Positions 47,175-58,223 of a stretch of DNA of 64,000 bases are shown here, piece after piece. The notes under the pieces are model-generated. The model did no database searches. It was not told where the DNA came from and worked only from the letters and a program-made list of their open reading frames with translations. Position numbers and translations under genes: made by a program. Source of the DNA: Candidatus Micrarchaeota archaeon (GTDB taxonomy: Archaea; Micrarchaeota; Micrarchaeia; Anstonellales; Bilamarchaeaceae); the NCBI GenBank assembly GCA_030648615.1, contig JAUSHJ010000040.1, forward strand, positions 6,769 to 70,768. The letters run 5' to 3'. Numbering within the stretch: position 1 is the first letter of the stretch; each line of letters starts with the position of its first letter.

Positions 47175-48296
47175 TCACAATTTGTTTTCAAATTCCTTTG
47201 CCATTTCTAAAAGTTTCTTCCTTCCATCTAATGTGATGGCAAATCTAGCCATTCTTTGTGTTTTCTTTTGCATTTCAGAGTTAGTTGCATGATCTACTAT
47301 GAGTTCTTTTAACATTATTTCAGGAGTTCGGTAGTCTATCTTAGTTCCTAAACCTAGTTCCTGTATCATGGCCGCATTAGATTCCTGTTCAAAATGGAAA
47401 TTATACGGAACGGATACTATTGGTTTTCCCATGGAAACCGCTTCCATTAAAGTGGAATGTCCCCCTCCACATATTATTACTGAAGCATTTGCCATTAGTG
47501 GAAACGGATCAGACATTTTATCATAAACACGGAGATTGGGTAGCTTTTCAATTTCATCCTGTCCCTCACCAATTACAAGATCGAATTCATAGTCTCTTAG
47601 TTCTTTTGCAACATTTACTAATTTTTTAATTGCCTGGTTATCATGCCCAAAACCACGAACAAAACCAAAGACACGTTTTTTATTGTTTTTCTTTACAATT
47701 ACCTCTGAAATATTTTTTTGTATTAATGGTCCAATATACTCTGTCTTTTCAGTTAACTGAGGAGAAAGAAGAATATTTTTTTCACAGATCGTAAACGGAG
47801 CTGGAAAATCAGGAATCAATATCTTATCTACATACCCAAGAATGGTATAATTTATCTGTTTAACCGCATTGCCTATCCATCGTAATGCTTCATTCCGATC
47901 GGAAAAAAATCTATCTATATTTGTTTGGTTTAATATCATCCAGAATGGTATTCCTTGCATTTTTGCAATTATTGCCGGAGAGAAGAAACTATCAGAAATA
48001 ATTAGGTCTGGTTTTTCTTTTTTTATTAATTTCTGGTGTGACAGTGCACTCGATACGTCCATCTTTTTTATGGTCGTTACAATAGATTCTTGTATGTCTA
48101 ACGCTCCCTTTTTTCCTATTAGCTTTATTTCAGATGGGACTTCAATGACGTCGAGTCCTTTTGAGATTGCAAATTCTCTTGCATATCCATAGGATGCAAA
48201 TATGACTTCGTGTTCCTTTAGAAGTATTTTCCCTGCTGCTATAGTTCGGCTAGTATGGCCCAAACCTTCGCCACAAAAATAATACAATATTTTCAT
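47175..48296 (-). CDS. MJ1255-like GT-B glycosyltransferase
   Basis: CGEGLGHTSR, GGHSTLMEA, EQ..NA. Confidence 0.88.
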   Translation of the reverse strand: MKILYYFCGEGLGHTSRTIAAGKILLKEHEVIFASYGYAREFAISKGLDVIEVPSEIKLIGKKGALDIQESIVTTIKKMDVSSALSHQKLIKKEKPDLIISDSFFSPAIIAKMQGIPFWMILNQTNIDRFFSDRNEALRWIGNAVKQINYTILGYVDKILIPDFPAPFTICEKNILLSPQLTEKTEYIGPLIQKNISEVIVKKNNKKRVFGFVRGFGHDNQAIKKLVNVAKELRDYEFDLVIGEGQDEIEKLPNLRVYDKMSDPFPLMANASVIICGGGHSTLMEAVSMGKPIVSVPYNFHFEQESNAAMIQELGLGTKIDYRTPEIMLKELIVDHATNSEMQKKTQRMARFAITLDGRKKLLEMAKEFENKL

Positions 48297-48301
48297 AATT
48301 A

Positions 48302-48357
48302 TCATGTGTCAATTTGACACCAGAATTTACATAACTCTCAATTGTTGCATTGCAACA
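48302..48357. repeat. truncated copy of the 45060/51745 element plus one hairpin module
   Basis: tcatgtgtcaatt...gaatttacataact followed by tgttgcattgcaaca. Confidence 0.6.
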
Positions 48358-48490
48358 CTAGGCATAGAGATTTAAATCATAAAACTAAATAAAAATCTAT
48401 ATGTGATCCAATAATGTCGGATCAATCTATGCACAGCCAAAGTTTTAAGATAGTGGTTGTGCAATTGGAATAACTTAGGTGGTTGTGCAT

Positions 48491-49729
48491 ATGGTAACTT
48501 CTGATTATGAGATATTTAGTTCATCAAGTAAAGAACTCTCTTGTATGTTTGCTGAAAACACGATAAAAGTCAAGGAGTTCTCAGAGAATTCTGGCTATGG
48601 CATACGTGCTCTAAAGGACAAGAAAGTTGGGTTTTCTTACTGTAGTTCAGAAAAAGACATTAAGGATACTATAGAAAAAGCAGCAACGCTTTCAAAATTC
48701 TCTCCTATTTCCACATTTTCATTCCAGGAAAAACAACATTTTGAAAAGTTAAATTCTTATGATCCAAAAATAGCAGAACTCAGTGAGGAAGAAATGAAGT
48801 CTGCTGTAGCTCAGATTGCAGACATAGTGAAATCGGTGAAAGCAAGACCAAGAATATACTTTTCAACAGGAACTGAAAATATTTCTCTAGAGAATATTAC
48901 TGGTTTTACCGGTAGTTACCAGAAAACTGGAGTTAGTGTTTATGCTGAAGCTACATTAGGTAAAGGTTACGGTTTTGGTTATTTATCTTCAATAAGTTTA
49001 CCAAAAGATTTTTCCATAGTTGGGCAGCAGGCTGCAGAAATGGTTAAGGCAATGCAGAAACCTAAGAAACCCGAGACTGGTAGCTATACTGTTGTATTTA
49101 CTCAGGAAGCTCTTCATAGTCTTTTAGAAGTTTTCCTGCCTTCCTTCTCAGGTGACTGGAAAAGAAAAAAGATATCTACACTTACAAATTCCATTGGCAA
49201 AAAAATACTCAGTGAAAAGCTTAGCATATATGACAATGCTACTTTGCCTGCTTCAGGGATTCAACCATTTGATGACGAAGGAGTAAGATCTTGCAAGAGA
49301 GCAATTATAGAGAACGGAGTGTTCAAACAATTTATATACAATCGAGAAATAGCTGCACTGGATAATGTTCAAGAGAGTGGTTTCTGCACCAGAGAAGGTT
49401 TTTCATCTCCCCCTTCATTAGGTTCTTCTAATTTAGAAATTTCTCCAGGAGATTATACTAGCTTTGAAGAAGAATTAGATGATTTTCTTCTTGTAAAATC
49501 TCTTCATGGGACGCATACGTCAAACATGACTACTGGTGATTTTGGAGTAGAAGTTAACGTTGCATTTCACATGAAAAACGGCAAGCAGACTTCAATGCGC
49601 GGTTTCATGATAAGTGAAAACATATTTAATCTTTTCACACGCATAAAAGCAATTGAGAAAAAACAAAAAATTCATGATAATTTAATATGTTCTAGAATAG
49701 CATTTGAAAATGTAAAGGTGGTTTCATAG
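48491..49729 (+). CDS. TldD/PmbA family protein
   Basis: GYGIR, PFDDEGV..IIENG, TTGDF. Confidence 0.88.
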   Translation: MVTSDYEIFSSSSKELSCMFAENTIKVKEFSENSGYGIRALKDKKVGFSYCSSEKDIKDTIEKAATLSKFSPISTFSFQEKQHFEKLNSYDPKIAELSEEEMKSAVAQIADIVKSVKARPRIYFSTGTENISLENITGFTGSYQKTGVSVYAEATLGKGYGFGYLSSISLPKDFSIVGQQAAEMVKAMQKPKKPETGSYTVVFTQEALHSLLEVFLPSFSGDWKRKKISTLTNSIGKKILSEKLSIYDNATLPASGIQPFDDEGVRSCKRAIIENGVFKQFIYNREIAALDNVQESGFCTREGFSSPPSLGSSNLEISPGDYTSFEEELDDFLLVKSLHGTHTSNMTTGDFGVEVNVAFHMKNGKQTSMRGFMISENIFNLFTRIKAIEKKQKIHDNLICSRIAFENVKVVS

Positions 49730-51717
49730 TAAAAAACTTTAAGACAACAGAAGAAATAGACGTACCAAAAAAGCTCATAGATCAGATAATAGGTCAGGAA
49801 AAAGCAGCAGACATAGTGAAGAAAGCTTCACAACAAAAGCGTAATGTTTTGTTGATCGGTCCTCCTGGTACTGGTAAGAGTATGCTTGCCCAGGCCATGG
49901 CAGAATTGATGCCAATAGAAGAGTTGGAAGATGTTTTAGCTTATCCGAATCCACATAATGAAAATCAGCCAATGGTACGTATAGTAAAAACATATCCTAG
50001 TTATAATGAAATAATAAAAAATCAGGAATTTTTAAGGTATTATAGTCCACAGGAAATAGCACTGATAAAAAAATTAGGTGATGAGAAGCGGACAGGTGAA
50101 TTTCCAAAAGTTCTCAAAACTGGTTTAGGGAGGAGAATTGCCAATTATAAAAAACTCGAGGATAACGTTGCGTCAATTTCTCCACTTGCAATAATCTCCA
50201 TACTCGGTCTTATTTTACTTGGTGTAATTTTCTTTGCTCCTATCTCAGAAAATATAAAATGGTTTATTCTTGCAGCAGTGCTTGGATTAGGTTTTCTCTA
50301 TGTTATTTCAAATGCAACTGCGGGGCTTAGCAGGAGACTCACTCCATTTGAGCAACCGAATCCTAAATTAATTGTTGATAATACTGAGAAGTCAACTGCA
50401 CCATTTGTTGATGCCACCGGAAGTAAGGCAGGTGCTCTTCTCGGAGATTGTAAACACGATCCACTCCAGAGCGGAGGATTAGGTACTCCAGCTCATCTTC
50501 GTGTAGAATCAGGTGCAGTTCACCGTGCCAATAAAGGTGTATTATTCATAGATGAAATAGCTTCCTTGAAAATGAACTGGCAACAGGAGCTATTGACAGC
50601 AATGCAGGAGAAAAAATATCCAATTACTGGCCAGAGTGAAATGAGTTCAGGTGCATTGGTTAAAACTCAGGCAGTTCCTTCAGATTTTGTTTTAGTTGCT
50701 GCTGGGAATTTGCCAGATATGCAGCAGATACATCCCGCTCTTCGTTCTAGAATACGTGGTGGTGGCTACGAAATTTATGTTGAAGATAATATGGAAGATA
50801 GTCCTGAAAACGAAGAAAAGATTGTGCAGTTCGTAGCTCAGGAAGTTAAAAAAGATGGTAAGATTCCTCACTTTACTAGAGATGCAGTAGAAATGATGAT
50901 TGAAGAAGCTAGAAGAATGGCTGGTAGAAAGAATAAATTCACACTTAATCTAAGAGAACTCGGTGGTCTTGTAAGAGCTGCAGGAGATATTGCAAAGGAG
51001 AAGAAAGCGAAATACGTAGAACGTGAGCATGTTACTGCAGCTAAAAAGATATTCAATTCCATTGAAGCACAACTGGGAAGAAAAATGATTGAAGTTAAGC
51101 GAGAGTATCAAACTATCATGACTTCCGGTAGTGCTGTAGGCAGAGTAAATGGTCTTGCTGTTTTAGGGGAGAGTATGGCTGGTCTCGTATTACCTATAGT
51201 GGCAGAAGTAACTCCTGCTGCAAGCAAGAATGAAGGAAAAGTAATTGCTACAGGGAAACTTGGAACTATTGCGAAAGAGGCAGTAGATAACGTTTCTGCA
51301 ATAATCAAGAAATATATCGGCACAGATATTTCACAGAAGGATATCCATATTCAATTTTTACAGACATACGAAGGAGTTGAAGGAGATTCTGCAAGTATTT
51401 CCATTGCTGTTGCAGTCATTTCAGCAATGGCAGGAGCTCCGATAAAACAGGATTTAGGTATGACTGGTTCACTTGATGTTCGTGGCGGGGTTTTGCCTAT
51501 AGGCGGTGCAACTTCAAAGATTGAAGCTGCCATGGATAGCGGATTGAAACGAGTATTAATTCCTTTCAGTAATGCAGAAGATGTTTATATGAGCAAAGAT
51601 CGGAAAGGTAAGATCGAGATTATAAAAGTCAAGAATATTGTCGAAGTTTTGCAGAATGCGCTTGAGGATTGCAAGGAGAAAAAGGAATTAATTGCAAAGA
51701 TGAAAAGACAGGCTTAA
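49726..51717 (+). CDS. lonB: archaeal membrane-anchored Lon protease LonB (probable ATA start)
   Basis: N-terminal [21 protein letters not shown] lies upstream of the track start; GPPGTGKS, two TM segments, EGDSAS, K dyad. Confidence 0.95.
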   Translation: MVKNFKTTEEIDVPKKLIDQIIGQEKAADIVKKASQQKRNVLLIGPPGTGKSMLAQAMAELMPIEELEDVLAYPNPHNENQPMVRIVKTYPSYNEIIKNQEFLRYYSPQEIALIKKLGDEKRTGEFPKVLKTGLGRRIANYKKLEDNVASISPLAIISILGLILLGVIFFAPISENIKWFILAAVLGLGFLYVISNATAGLSRRLTPFEQPNPKLIVDNTEKSTAPFVDATGSKAGALLGDCKHDPLQSGGLGTPAHLRVESGAVHRANKGVLFIDEIASLKMNWQQELLTAMQEKKYPITGQSEMSSGALVKTQAVPSDFVLVAAGNLPDMQQIHPALRSRIRGGGYEIYVEDNMEDSPENEEKIVQFVAQEVKKDGKIPHFTRDAVEMMIEEARRMAGRKNKFTLNLRELGGLVRAAGDIAKEKKAKYVEREHVTAAKKIFNSIEAQLGRKMIEVKREYQTIMTSGSAVGRVNGLAVLGESMAGLVLPIVAEVTPAASKNEGKVIATGKLGTIAKEAVDNVSAIIKKYIGTDISQKDIHIQFLQTYEGVEGDSASISIAVAVISAMAGAPIKQDLGMTGSLDVRGGVLPIGGATSKIEAAMDSGLKRVLIPFSNAEDVYMSKDRKGKIEIIKVKNIVEVLQNALEDCKEKKELIAKMKRQA

Positions 51718-51744
51718 CTAAGGTAATAAAATGTTGTTTAAAAC

Positions 51745-51874
51745 TCATGTGTCAATTCGGCATGGAAACTCATGGTTTTAACTTTGGGAGGAAGTGCCGA
51801 ATTTACACAACTTTGCCCTTCGGCCCTAATGAAACCACAGCCTTTAGGCTGTGGTGGCCGAATGGGCAAATCAT
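51745..51874. mobile_element. MITE/PATE-like dispersed element, uninterrupted copy
   Basis: tgtgtcaattcggca/tgccgaatttacaca and tttgccc-ttcggcc..accacagcct-tt-aggctgtggt-ggccgaa-tgggcaaa. Confidence 0.7.
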
Positions 51875-51916
51875 ATTATTTTTTTGTTATTTGATTCTAA
51901 AAAGGTTTTGGTCAGA

Positions 51917-52687
51917 TTACTCTAACGTCCATGGCGCTTCGCAATGTGTCCCATGTGAGTAGAGATAGAGTGTAGGTAAATTAGGCAACATCTCTTTGTA
52001 CTCTCGATCATTATAAGTAAACAATATTGCCTTACCACTAGTAATCCGATCCATTTCCTTTGCATCAAGTTTTCTCATCGTGTAATAAAGTAAAGCACCT
52101 TCTTCTTTGCTACCGCGTTTATACCATTTACCAGCTTGTCTGACTAATCTTTCTCTTAGCTGTGACTGTTCAAATTCTTCTCTAAATAAATATGCACTAT
52201 CTCTTACTAGTTTTACTTTTTCTTTTGCATTATCTAAAGTTGGGTTATCTAAATATAGCATATATGTGCCTGAGCCAAAGAAATAATATCGGTGTAGTAA
52301 CGTGTGATCGTATCTATTTATGTCTGCCCAATCCATTCCGTTTAAAACCGCATGGCTACTGGTTAAAATTACAGTAATCAAAAGTCCATCTTTATGAAAT
52401 TCTTTGACTCTCAAATTTATTTCTTCAAGCCTAAGCATCACATTCTTCTCTCTTTTATCAGGTTCTCTTGGTAAATGTGGATATCCCCAGTAGAGATAAA
52501 CTGGTATACGTGATGATGCTCCTGTACCATGATTAGTTATCCTAGTCTTAACTATCTCTTCTATTCCATTACGATCTTCTTGCAGCACTGGTTCTCTGTT
52601 AAATTTTCTTGAGCATAAAACATCTGTAACTTTTACCACTTTTCTTTTTACAAAATGTTCATTTATTTTTTTTAATATATTTCCCAT
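51917..52687 (-). CDS. hypothetical protein, distantly PvcA/Dit1 (isonitrile synthase)-like
   Basis: IPVYLYWG..PD..E...RL..I...V...H..G..I.VI pattern; weak. Confidence 0.4.
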   Translation of the reverse strand: MGNILKKINEHFVKRKVVKVTDVLCSRKFNREPVLQEDRNGIEEIVKTRITNHGTGASSRIPVYLYWGYPHLPREPDKREKNVMLRLEEINLRVKEFHKDGLLITVILTSSHAVLNGMDWADINRYDHTLLHRYYFFGSGTYMLYLDNPTLDNAKEKVKLVRDSAYLFREEFEQSQLRERLVRQAGKWYKRGSKEEGALLYYTMRKLDAKEMDRITSGKAILFTYNDREYKEMLPNLPTLYLYSHGTHCEAPWTLE

Positions 52688-52770
52688 ACTACCACCAATC
52701 ATAACTGCTCAAAAACTATATTTAAAACTTTTTATCTTTCTTTTTTAAAAAATTAGTAAAATTATTAAAA

Positions 52771-53793
52771 ATGGCAATCTTTTTAAAGATTTACTGGCAA
52801 CAATGCTATGTGACCTTAGACCTATTAGATAAAAAGATTCTCCATCAGCTTGACAGGAATTCAAGAGTTTCCTACTCAAAAATAGCCAAGAAATTGAAAA
52901 CAAGCCCCCAAGTTGTGAAATATAGGGTTGAGCAACTCTATAAAAATGGCATACTACTTTATTGCTGGCCCATGGTTGAATATAGGGGTATAGGCTACTT
53001 TTTTGGTTTGCATTTTATCAAGCTCAAGAACTTAACTCCAGAAAAAGAAAAAGAATTTTATGGTTATTTAAATTCTCATAAATTCATTCCAATTATTATG
53101 CGTGGGCAAGGCTATGCTGATATTATAATTGGTATCGATGGCCAGGGAATTCATCACCTAAACGAAATCATGCAAGATCTTAATACTCGTTTTAGCGATA
53201 TTTTTCTTGACTGGGATACGGTAATTCCAATTGGTTTTTCTAGGTTTAATCGGAACTATTTGGTTGGTACTAGTGAATCTACAGAAAAAGTAGCATTTAC
53301 TGGAGCTTCAGTAAAAAAAGAGAGTGATGAAAAAGATAGGATGGTTCTTTCGATGCTAAATAACAATGCAAGAACTCCTATTTTGGAAATTGTAAAAAAA
53401 GTCGGGATTTCTTACGAGAATGTTGTTAAGAGGATAAAAAAACTTGAAAATAGCGGAGTCATTCAGTGCTACACTGTTTTATTAGACCATGTTAAGGCTG
53501 GCTACCCACGTTATCGTACTCTCATAAAATTTGCAGGCTTGACAAAACAAGAAGAAAAAAGATTTTTTACTTATTGTGATTTTCACCCGAATATCGTGCA
53601 CCATTTAAAAGTATTAGGGAACTGGGATCTGGTTGTTGATATAGAAGTGGAGAATATGGAAAAGTTAAGGCAAATAATAGAGGAAATAAAATTCAAGTTT
53701 TCTAAGAGTATCAGAAGAATTGAACCTACATATATTTACAAGATTGACCGTTTCAGGGATATACCGGTAGAATATCCAGAATTTAACGATTAG
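52771..53793 (+). CDS. double-domain Lrp/AsnC regulator
   Basis: Two D..IL..L..N.R HTH repeats, each followed by a RAM domain; start uncertain (GTG 52810 possible). Confidence 0.9.
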   Translation: MAIFLKIYWQQCYVTLDLLDKKILHQLDRNSRVSYSKIAKKLKTSPQVVKYRVEQLYKNGILLYCWPMVEYRGIGYFFGLHFIKLKNLTPEKEKEFYGYLNSHKFIPIIMRGQGYADIIIGIDGQGIHHLNEIMQDLNTRFSDIFLDWDTVIPIGFSRFNRNYLVGTSESTEKVAFTGASVKKESDEKDRMVLSMLNNNARTPILEIVKKVGISYENVVKRIKKLENSGVIQCYTVLLDHVKAGYPRYRTLIKFAGLTKQEEKRFFTYCDFHPNIVHHLKVLGNWDLVVDIEVENMEKLRQIIEEIKFKFSKSIRRIEPTYIYKIDRFRDIPVEYPEFND

Positions 53794-53875
53794 GTTTTTA
53801 CCTAACAATCAGTTAGCTATTTAAATTACCTATTCGTGCTAGTTCTAACAATACTAGGTCAAACGGTGATAACCT

Positions 53876-54736
53876 ATGAAAGACGAACAACAATGTTCTC
53901 CGCCAGAAGGGCACGGAAAAAAAATGTTTCTTAGCATGCTACTATTAGTTATAATTGCTCTAGGCGGTTTTTATGTTTTAGGTAATCAGTTTACAAATCA
54001 GAAGGGCGACACAATTTATGTAAGTTCTCAACCTACTGAACACGGAATAAGTGTAAGTGGTGAAGCAAAAACCAAAATCGCACCAAATCAGGGTCAGATT
54101 TCATTCGAGGTAATAACTAATGATAGTAGGTCTGCAAAAACAGCTCAAGATGATAATGCAGAAAGTTCTGCTCAGGTTGTTGCAGCATTGAAAAGTGCAG
54201 GTTTAACTGATGACGATATACAATCAACTTCATTCAGTGTCCAGCCTATCTATAGTAGCAGGTATGTTTGTCCCGATGAGGCAAAAACATGCGATTCCTA
54301 TGATAGAATATACAAGAGTGAAATTATTGGTTACCGGGCAGTTCACAGTTATTTAGTATCATTTGATGATACAAAAAAAGCAGGTATATATGTAGACAAG
54401 ATCTCATCAACTGAAAATAATGCTGTAACTATAGATTCGATATCTTTTGTATTAAAAGCCGTAACGAGAGCAGAAGTGGAAAAGCAGCTTCTGACAGATG
54501 CAGCCAAGGATGCCAAGGATAAGGCCCAAAAAATCGCAGCAGGTTTTGGTTCATCAGTAGGAAAAGTTCTTTCTGCAAGCGAAAGTGTCGTTTATCCATC
54601 TTACTATGGTAGGAATTATCTCACAGAATCCATGGTAGGTGCAGCAATGGATAAGTCAGCACCAGAAACTGTGATTTATCCAACAAGCGATATTGAAGTA
54701 AGTGCTTCAGTAAACGCAATGTTTGAGGTAAATTAA
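53876..54736 (+). CDS. SIMPL (DUF541) protein
   Basis: TM, ISVSGEA...P, A..DAK.KA..IA. Confidence 0.9.
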   Translation: MKDEQQCSPPEGHGKKMFLSMLLLVIIALGGFYVLGNQFTNQKGDTIYVSSQPTEHGISVSGEAKTKIAPNQGQISFEVITNDSRSAKTAQDDNAESSAQVVAALKSAGLTDDDIQSTSFSVQPIYSSRYVCPDEAKTCDSYDRIYKSEIIGYRAVHSYLVSFDDTKKAGIYVDKISSTENNAVTIDSISFVLKAVTRAEVEKQLLTDAAKDAKDKAQKIAAGFGSSVGKVLSASESVVYPSYYGRNYLTESMVGAAMDKSAPETVIYPTSDIEVSASVNAMFEVN

Positions 54737-54791
54737 ATAATTCTTTTTTCTTTTATTTATTTTATTTTTTAATTTTTTAAAAGTGATTTCC

Positions 54792-55418
54792 ATGGATGAT
54801 GAAAGCATAACTGTAAATCGAGATGTGCTAAAAGCCATCGGTGCAGATACGCGTATCGATATTCTTAAGTCACTAGGACAGAGACAGAAAACTCAAAGTG
54901 AATTAGCTGCAGAATTAAAATTTTCAGTTCCAACTGTGCTTGAACATTTGCAACATCTGGAAAAAGCAGGTTTAGTACAGAAGTTAGATGAAGGAAGGAA
55001 ATGGAAATATTATCATCTTACTTCGCTAGGTAAAAAGATGATTGGTAAGAGCAAATTGAACGTTATTATCGTTTTAGCCTTAAGTCTCATGGTCGCATTT
55101 GGCTCACTGCTATTGATTTATCAGGGATTACCAACTACAGTGAATTCTACAGCAGTTACCTCTAACTGGGTATCTCCAACATCTGAAAGTTCAGTAAGTA
55201 CGGAAACTCTAATGGCGAAAAATGCTGTAGACTCACAATACTCAGGGGCAACTTCCATGGTAGCAGCACCAGTCAGAGAAGCTAATATTACTGGCGAATC
55301 ACTAACTCAGGAAACAAAAGAAATTCAACAATCAAAAAGTTTTCTGCCTGAGTTGACTGTTCTAGCAGTTTCTTTAGTGGTGGCAATTTTCTCAGGTTGG
55401 TATATGGTGAAGGATTGA
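54792..55418 (+). CDS. ArsR-like wHTH regulator with TM anchors
   Basis: DTRIDILK...ELA...TV.EHL..L..AGLV; two TM segments. Confidence 0.85.
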   Translation: MDDESITVNRDVLKAIGADTRIDILKSLGQRQKTQSELAAELKFSVPTVLEHLQHLEKAGLVQKLDEGRKWKYYHLTSLGKKMIGKSKLNVIIVLALSLMVAFGSLLLIYQGLPTTVNSTAVTSNWVSPTSESSVSTETLMAKNAVDSQYSGATSMVAAPVREANITGESLTQETKEIQQSKSFLPELTVLAVSLVVAIFSGWYMVKD

Positions 55419-55425
55419 TAAAAAA

Positions 55426-56070
55426 CTAGAGTGTTCTTCCTTCAGGTTGTCTCTGAGCTTCCGGTTCGCAATCTTCTGGAATTTCACCAGGATTTCCAGG
55501 AACCAGTATTCCGAACGGATGAACATGAACTTCTATCCTCGGTGTTACTCTTAAATCATTTTCAGGAGCTACGCATTGTTCTACTTTGTCATTATCTGTT
55601 TTTCTAGGCTTTACTGTCTCAACAAATTCAATTATTTTCAGATCTCCAGAAACTTGTGCAAGTCCGCCTGCATATAAATACATTAATTCATCTAATGGTA
55701 TTTGACTACTATTACTACAAAACGGAGTTGGTACTATGATGTCTGGAATTCCATCTTTACATTCTTTAGTACTGATATTCAAAACTATCGTTTCATCTTC
55801 TTGACAATTATTTACAAATCCTTGTTCTAATTTAGAATATACTAATCCAGCAACAGCCATGTTCCTAGCTCCCAGGGCTACCCTACTTTTCATCATTTTC
55901 AAATCATCTTCAAGCAATCCTGCACGATCTTTGAATTTGTTTCGTTCTCTTCTTAAATCATTTTTCTCGGACATGTTTGCAACTGTTAAAAGTCCTGCGA
56001 CTACTAAACCGGTGATTATCTGTGCTCTTGATGGCAAATAGTTCCTAATTTTCAGGTCCTTGAGTTTCAT
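55426..56070 (-). CDS. hypothetical membrane-anchored protein
   Basis: N-terminal TM, coiled coil, several Cys. Confidence 0.6.
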   Translation of the reverse strand: MKLKDLKIRNYLPSRAQIITGLVVAGLLTVANMSEKNDLRRERNKFKDRAGLLEDDLKMMKSRVALGARNMAVAGLVYSKLEQGFVNNCQEDETIVLNISTKECKDGIPDIIVPTPFCSNSSQIPLDELMYLYAGGLAQVSGDLKIIEFVETVKPRKTDNDKVEQCVAPENDLRVTPRIEVHVHPFGILVPGNPGEIPEDCEPEAQRQPEGRTL

Positions 56071-56192
56071 AGTATAATCTCTAAGTGAATTTAATTTACG
56101 TTATTTTTAATGTATAAAAAGGTTTTTAAGCTGACTGCTAAGGAGGAAGAAGAAAATTTAAAAAAAAAGATAAAAATAAAAAAAAAGAAAAT

Positions 56193-57077
56193 TTAATTGT
56201 TTGCAATATCAAGAATACTCTTGAACGTTGCGTAGGGGAATGCACCGCTTACTAGTACACCATAATTCCCTGCATCATCCTCAAATCCAACCACTGAAGT
56301 TTGGTATTGTGGTGGTAATGCATTTCTAACTACTGCAAATTTTGCCTGGAAATCAGGAGCTTTGGTCTTTGGCATTACTATAAACACTGCAGGAGTTCCC
56401 TGAACACCATATTGTTGGCCAATTGCAGCATCTGCAGTTATAGCATCTTTGTATTTAGATGTTGAAATGCACGATGCAAATTTATCTGCATTTAAATTAA
56501 GTGATGTAGCATATGCTTTGAATTTATCACTTACCGCAGTGCCTGCTAAGTTACTCCACTCATTCTGGCTGACAAATAATTTGTCATGATATTCCCAGAA
56601 CTTGCCCTGTTCATTTGCACATCTTGCAGCTCCTGCTGCTGGTTCTGCATTCGGATGGAATGGCAAAGGATAGTCTCTGAAGTACAGTTTTGCTTTTCCA
56701 GTATCGACATAATTTGTTTTCATCTGTGCTCCTGCTTCATTGTAAAACTTGCCACAGTAAGGGCACTGGAAATCACTGAATTCTATGATTGATACGACAC
56801 TATCATTGTTACCTCGTGCTACGAAGTCTCCTCCTGGCAGTGCTGGTATTCTAATAAGTTCTACAGGGCTGCTACCAGTTGTAGTGGTTGTCGTATCTGT
56901 AGTTCCTACTGTTGTGCCATTAGTATCTGTAGTTCCTACAGGAGGTGTCGTCTGTTTAACAATTCCAAATCCACCTGTAAATACAGATGCTATTAATAGT
57001 ATAGCTAAAACAGCTATTACTACTCCATAAATTGTTCCTTTGCTAAGCGTTACGCTATCATTATTTTCGTCTCCCAT
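56193..57077 (-). CDS. DsbA-family thioredoxin-fold protein
   Basis: EFSDFQCPYC, GVQGTP. Confidence 0.92.
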   Translation of the reverse strand: MGDENNDSVTLSKGTIYGVVIAVLAILLIASVFTGGFGIVKQTTPPVGTTDTNGTTVGTTDTTTTTTGSSPVELIRIPALPGGDFVARGNNDSVVSIIEFSDFQCPYCGKFYNEAGAQMKTNYVDTGKAKLYFRDYPLPFHPNAEPAAGAARCANEQGKFWEYHDKLFVSQNEWSNLAGTAVSDKFKAYATSLNLNADKFASCISTSKYKDAITADAAIGQQYGVQGTPAVFIVMPKTKAPDFQAKFAVVRNALPPQYQTSVVGFEDDAGNYGVLVSGAFPYATFKSILDIANN

Positions 57078-57102
57078 AAAAATCCCCCATTTTTATTCTC
57101 CA

Positions 57103-57174
57103 ATTTTTCGTTAGCGAAAAATGGACCACAAATCGAATCGATTTGTAGGTCTCGAAATTCTTTGAATTTCTCGA
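57103..57174. repeat. three contiguous hairpins upstream of the DsbA gene
   Basis: atttttcg/cgaaaaat, acaaatcg/cgatttgt, gaaattc/gaatttc. Confidence 0.6.
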
Positions 57175-57502
57175 TCCCAAAAAACACCTTTATTTAATTT
57201 CTTTAAATATTACAATGTTTAAAACTAATATAATATATAAAATATTGTAAAAGGTTTTAAACCTCTCGCCCAAATTTAGGCAATTACCTAACTATAGCAA
57301 CCCAAGAACATAACGCAAATCTCTAAATCGTTATCATTTATTGGATTGCCATATGTGAACCGCGTTTTTTCTTAGGTTCACCATAAATGCATCATCTCCT
57401 ACTGCAAAACATTCTCTTGCATTAACTATTTAAATGTTATCAAACAAAATTGTTATTGACTGAGATTTAAACACGTCTATTTGTTTGTTTAGGTTAGGAC
57501 AC

Positions 57503-58210
57503 ATGACAACTCTTGACAAAGCTATAATTGCGTTTTACGAACGAAATGGCAATAGATTCGAAATTTACGTTGATCCGGATGCAGCCTACGCCTATGTAGA
57601 AGGACGTAAAAACGATCTGAAAAACATTTTAGTATCAGATGAAGTATATTCTGATGCAAAGAAAGCGGAAAAAGCAAAAGCAGAACCGGTTTTGAAGACT
57701 TTCGGAACTCATGATATATTTACGATTCTCGAATTCATACTTAAAAATGGTGAAGTACAATTAACCACCGAGCAAAGAAGAAAGAAAATAGATGAGAAAC
57801 GTAAGCAGATAATTGCTTTGCTTCTCAGGGAATCCATAGATCCAAGAACCAATGCACCGCATACTCTAATGAGAATAGAAAATGCGTTGGAAGAAGCTAG
57901 AGTAAAGTTCGATCCCTTCAAGGATGCACGAGATCAGTTGCCAGATATAATTAAGGAATTGCGACTTATCCTGCCATTGAAATTTGATAAGATTAAAATT
58001 GCAATAAAAATAGGTCCGGAATATGCTCACAAATCCTATGGCGCAGTAAAGACATATGGTATAATGAGAGAACAATGGACTAATGACGGTAGCCTTATTG
58101 CAGTCATAGAAATATTTGCAGGTATGCAAGGCGAAGTTTACGATCGTCTTAACAAGTTAACTAATGGAACCGTAGAAACTAAGAAAGTTGAAGGTTCAAT
58201 GAATATTTAA
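57503..58210 (+). CDS. ribosome maturation factor SBDS/Sdo1
   Basis: RFEIYVDP, VQLTTEQR, IDPRT..PH. Confidence 0.95.
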   Translation: MTTLDKAIIAFYERNGNRFEIYVDPDAAYAYVEGRKNDLKNILVSDEVYSDAKKAEKAKAEPVLKTFGTHDIFTILEFILKNGEVQLTTEQRRKKIDEKRKQIIALLLRESIDPRTNAPHTLMRIENALEEARVKFDPFKDARDQLPDIIKELRLILPLKFDKIKIAIKIGPEYAHKSYGAVKTYGIMREQWTNDGSLIAVIEIFAGMQGEVYDRLNKLTNGTVETKKVEGSMNI

Positions 58211-58223
58211 GGAGGAGATTTAT

